A stretch of DNA of 62,390 bases, the filler included, from Babesia bigemina (lineage: Eukaryota): the NCBI RefSeq assembly GCF_000981445.1. It is 7 parts of 7 records of this genome, joined end to end, with 100 filler letters (N's around TTAATTAATTAA, not from the genome) between each part and the next. Parts side by side here need not be neighbours in the genome. Positions count along the whole stretch, not along the records: positions 44,395 to 62,390 come from NW_012237281.1; 6 more parts are not named here. One strand, 5' to 3'. Position numbers and translations under genes: made by a program. Of the stretch, positions 58,270-62,390 are shown in pieces. Positions within the stretch are counted from its first letter, which is position 1. Each line of letters begins with the position of its first letter. Below the pieces are notes generated by a model that was given only the letters and a program-made list of their open reading frames with translations, was not told the origin of the DNA and made no database searches.

Positions 58270-60976
58270 GGGATGTAGAGTGGATAAAGGGGCGATGTAG
58301 AGTGGATAAAGGGGCGATGTAGAGTGGATAAAGGGGCGATGTAGAGTGGGTAAAGGAGCGATGTAGAGTGGATAAAGGGGCGATGAAGGGTGGATATAGG
58401 GGCGATGTAGAGTGGGTAAAGGGGCGATGTAGAGTGGGTAAAGGGGCGATGTAGAGGAGGTTAGGGAGCGATGTAAGGTGGATAAAGGGGCGATGTAGAG
58501 TGGATAAAGGAGCGATGTAGAGTGGATAAGGGGCGATGTAGAGTGGGTTAGGGGGCGATGTAGAGTGGGTAAAGGGGCGATGTAGAGTGGGTTAAGGGGC
58601 GATGTCGAGTGGGTTAAGGAGCGATGTAGAGTGGGTAAGGGAGCGATGTAGAGTGGGTTAGGGAGCGATGTAGAGTGGGTTAAGGGGCGATTTGGAGTGG
58701 ATAAAGGGGCGATGTAGAGTGGGTTAGGGAGCGATGTAGAGTGGGTTAGGGAGCGATGTAGAGTGGATAAAGGAGCGATGTAGAGTGGATAAAGGAGCGA
58801 TGTAAGGTGGGTTAGGGAGCGATGTAGAGTGGGTTAAGAGGCGATGTGGAGTGGGTTAGGGAGCGATGTAGAGTGGGTTTAGGGGCGATGTGGAGTGGGT
58901 TAGGGAGCGATGTAGAGTGGGTAGAGGAGCGATGTGGAGTGGATAAAGGAGCGATGTAGAGTGGATAAAGGAGCGATGTAGAGTGGATAAAGGGGCGATG
59001 TAGAGTGGATAAGGAGCGATGTAGAGTGGGTAAAGGAGCGATGTAGAGTGGGTTAAAGAGCGATGTAAGGTGGGTTAGGGAGCGATGTAGAGTGGGTTAA
59101 GGGGCGATGTAGAGTGGGTTAAGGGGCGATGTAGAGTGGGTAAAGGAGCGATGTGGAGTGGGTTAAGGGGCGATGTAGAGTGGGTTAGGGAGCGATGAAG
59201 AGTGGGTAAAGGAGCGATGTGGAGTGGATTAGGGAGCGATGTAGAGTGGGTTAAGGGGCGATGTAGAGGAGATTAGGGAGCGATGTAGAGTGGGTTAGGG
59301 AGCGATGTGGAGTGGATAAAGGGGCGATGTAGAGTGGGTTAGGGAGCGATGTAGAGTGGATAAAGGGGCGATGTAGAGTGGATAAAGGAGCGATGTAGAG
59401 TGGATTAGGGAGCGATGCAGAGTGGATGAAGGGGCGATGTAGATTGGGTTAAGGGGCGATGTAGAGTGGATAAAGGGGCGATGTAGAGTGGACAAGGAGC
59501 GATGTAGAGTGGGTTAGGGAGCGATGTAGAGTGGATAAAGGAGCGATGTAGAGTGGGATAGGGAGCGATGTGGAGTGGGTTAAGGAGCGATGTAGAGTGG
59601 AAAAGGAGCGATGTGGAGTGGGTAAGGGAGGGATTTAGAGTGGATAAGGGAGCGATGTAGAGTGGATAAAGGGGCGATGTAGAGTGGCTAAGGGGCGATG
59701 AAGAGTGGGTTAGGGAGCGATGTAAAGTGAGTTAAGGGGCGATGTAGAGTGGATAAGGGGCGATGGAGAGTGGGTAAAGGAGCGATGAAGAGTGGATAAA
59801 GGAGCGATGTAGAGTGGGTTAAGGGGCGATGTAGAGTGGATAAGGGGCGATGTAGAGTGGGTTAGGCAGCGATGTAGAGTGGATAAGGGGCGATGTGGAG
59901 TGAGTTAAGGGGCGATGTAGAGTGGATAGAGGAGCGATGTAGAGTGGATAGAGGAGCGATGTAGAGTGGGTTAGGGAGCGATGTGGAGTGGATAAAGGGG
60001 CGATGTAGAGTGGATAAAGGAGCGATGTAGAGTGGATTAGGGAGCGATGCAGAGTGGATGAAGGGGCGATGTAAGGTGGATAAAGGAGCGATGTGGAGTG
60101 GATAAAGGGGCGATGTAGGGTGGATAAAGGGGCGATGTGGAGTGGGTAAAGGGGCGATGTAGAGTGGGTTAGGGAGCGATGTAGAGTGGATGAAGGGGCG
60201 ATGTGGAGTGGATAAAGGGGCGATGTAGAGTGGATAAAGGGGCGATGTAGAGTGGATAGAGGAGCGATGTAGAGTGGATAAAGGGGCGATGTGGAGTGGG
60301 TTAGGGAGCGATGTAGAGTGGATTACGGGCGATGTAGAGTGGATTACGGGCGATGTAGAGTGGGTTAAGGCGCGATGTAGAGTGGGTTAAGGGGCGATGT
60401 AGAGTGGGTAAAGGGGCGATGTAGAGTGGGTTAGGGAGCGATGTAGAGTGGGTTAGCGAGCGATGTGGAGTGGATAAGGGGCGATGTAGAGTGGGTAAAG
60501 GGGCGATGTAGAGTGGATAAGGGGCGATGTAGAGTGGGTTAAGGGGCGATGTAGAGTGGTTAAAGGGGCGATGTAGAGTGGTTAAAGGGGCGATGTAGAG
60601 TGGGTAAAGGAGCGATGTAGAGTGGGTTAGGGAGCGATGTAGAGTGGATAAGGAGCGATGTAGAGTGGGTTAAGGGGCGATGTAGAGTGGGTTAAGGGGC
60701 GATGTATAGTGGATAAAGGGGCGATGTGGAGTGGTCAAAGGGGCGATGTAGAGTGGGTTAAGGGGCGATGTAGAGTGGGTAAAGGGGCGATGAGGAGTGA
60801 GTAAAGGGGCGATGTAGAGTGGATAAGGAGCGATGTAGAGTGGGTAAAGGAGCGATGTAGAGTGGATAAAGGGGCGATGTAGAGTGGGTTAGGCAGCGAT
60901 GTAGAGTGGGTTAAGGAGCGATGTGGAGTGGATAAAGGGGCGATGTGGAGTGGGTTAGGGAGCGATGTGGAGTGGA
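58270..60976 (-). repeat. Complete 22-bp array (about 120 units) between cassettes H and G
   Basis: Bounded by the leader (58269) and the junction 15-mer (60977-60991). Confidence 0.97.
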
Positions 60977-61005
60977 TAATAATCACCACTTAAGTCAGGT
61001 GCTTG

Positions 61006-61111
61006 GTCACCATGTCATCGCTGCCGTGTCCATGTCATCGCTGCCGTGACCATGTCATCGCTGCCGTGACCATGTCATCGCTGCCGTAACAATGTCATCG
61101 CTGCCGTGACC
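61006..61111 (-). repeat. 20-bp array (about 5 units)
   Basis: Read directly. Confidence 0.93.
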
Positions 61112-61116
61112 TTAAC

Positions 61117-61562
61117 TTGGTCAGGTGCTTGGTTACCACGTTGGTCAGCACTCTGGTCATGGCATTGGTCATGGCATTGGTCAGCACTTTGGTCAGCACC
61201 TTGGTCAGCACTTTGGTCAACACTTTGGTCACCACCTTGGTCACCACCTTGGTCACCACCTTGGTCAGCACGTTGGTCAACACTTTGGGCAGCATCTTGG
61301 TCAACACGTTGGTCAACACTTTGGTCATGGCATTGGTCAGCACTTTGGTCAGCACTTTGGTCATGGCATTGGTCAGCACTTTGGTCATGGCTTTGGTCAG
61401 CACATAGGTCAGCACTTTGGTCAGCACATTGGTCAGCACATAGGTCATCACCTTGGTCAACACGTTGGTCAGCGCATTGGTCATGGTATTGGTCAGCACT
61501 TTGGTCAGCACGTTGGTCAGCACGTTGGTCAACACTTTGGGCAGCATCTTGGTCAGCACTTT
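61117..61562 (-). repeat. 12-bp array (about 37 units)
   Basis: Read directly. Confidence 0.94.
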
Positions 61563-61684
61563 AGTTAACTATTACACAATCACATACAACGGTTAATGAG
61601 TGATTCAAAACATTAGACAACAATTAGTTGTATAGGTGAGTAGGTGATGCTAGGTGAGTGTAGGCAGTAAACACGTGAGTACGA

Positions 61685-62390
61685 TTATGGTTGCAGATAA
61701 AACACCCTGTTAAGCTTGTTAACACGTGCAGCGGCGAGTAGTGACTGAGCAGCTATACGATGTGATGATGGACTATGTAGATGCGATTTGATGTGGAGCA
61801 GGTCGAGGCGGATGACCATGATGTGGGTCAGGTAGAGGAAGGAGAGGAGCCAGAGGGCGACGGTGGTCCAGAAGAATTTTTCTCTAATTTTCCAAAGGAA
61901 GTTCGGAATGGTGATATATGTCAAATCGCCAAGAACATTACCCTTTTTCAAAACCTTATTTAATGCGTTGCAGAAGTCTTGGCACGTTCGTTTTGTTTCC
62001 GGGCCATATGTTCCGCTGAGGTTTGATTCGCTCTGAAATACAAATCCGTATTTGCATAATGTCGGACGTGTGAATGGGCACTGAGCAATTGACCTACAGT
62101 TTTTAGAATGAGTGGAGGTATGGGAAACTAAACAGTTCTGGTGACACGTCTTAACATGACACCGTGATCCTGGGGTTTTGCAGTTTTTGCAACACTCTTC
62201 GTACAGCTTCTTGAGTAAATCGTAAAATGCTTCCGTGAGATAGACAATCCAAGTGAGATATTTGTCGGCATTGACTTTCGAAGAAAACTGTCCATATATT
62301 GTGGCCAAATGGCTGCTAATACCGGCGGATTTCCATTTCAGTTTTGGTACGGTAACCCGCGGTAATAAACTATTCAGCTCACCGTTAAGG
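61685..62390 (-). CDS. 3' end of ves/VESA-related gene H (continues beyond window; possibly frameshifted near 62281)
   Basis: Cys-rich domain, TM segment and RVNKLNRVFYLQP* end, as in the paralogues. Confidence 0.8.
   Translation of the reverse strand, partial: LNGELNSLLPRVTVPKLKWKSAGISSHLATIYGQFSSKVNADKYLTWIVYLTEAFYDLLKKLYEECCKNCKTPGSRCHVKTCHQNCLVSHTSTHSKNCRSIAQCPFTRPTLCKYGFVFQSESNLSGTYGPETKRTCQDFCNALNKVLKKGNVLGDLTYITIPNFLWKIREKFFWTTVALWLLSFLYLTHIMVIRLDLLHIKSHLHSPSSHRIAAQSLLAAARVNKLNRVFYLQP

Overview
Eukaryotic, almost certainly piroplasm (Babesia-like) subtelomeric-type DNA. It is seven contigs joined by an artificial 100-bp spacer (44 N + TTAATTAATTAA + 44 N). The window holds eight paralogues of a large, signal-peptide-less antigen family that I recognise as VESA/ves-related. 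They have a coiled-coil-like body, a Cys-rich distal domain, a C-terminal TM segment and a ...SHRI(A/T)AQSLLAAA.V..L....YLQP tail, plus an invariant FLGFNS..KGY.G.GIVYSDLDRLCD.VM block. Only one copy (34564 onward) has a normal N-terminus and unique upstream DNA. The other copies whose 5' ends are visible are 5'-truncated or carry a substitute leader, and they sit in a stereotyped, strand-polarised cassette. Its order is: 22-bp telomere-like array, ~65-nt conserved leader, antigen ORF, conserved 3' tail, 12-bp (or 24-bp) array, 20-bp array, AAGTGGTGATTATTA, next 22-bp array. Three cassettes (the last only partly in the window) lie head-to-tail without a gap at 44395-62390. This looks like a repeat-delimited silent archive for antigenic variation by gene conversion; that interpretation is inference. 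Also present: a GC-rich ~825-bp macrosatellite contig, a hypothetical ORF, and a small Cys-rich TM gene that carries the cassette 3' repeats and is preceded by a tandem array of intron-like units. No database searches were run, and repeat counts are length/unit estimates.
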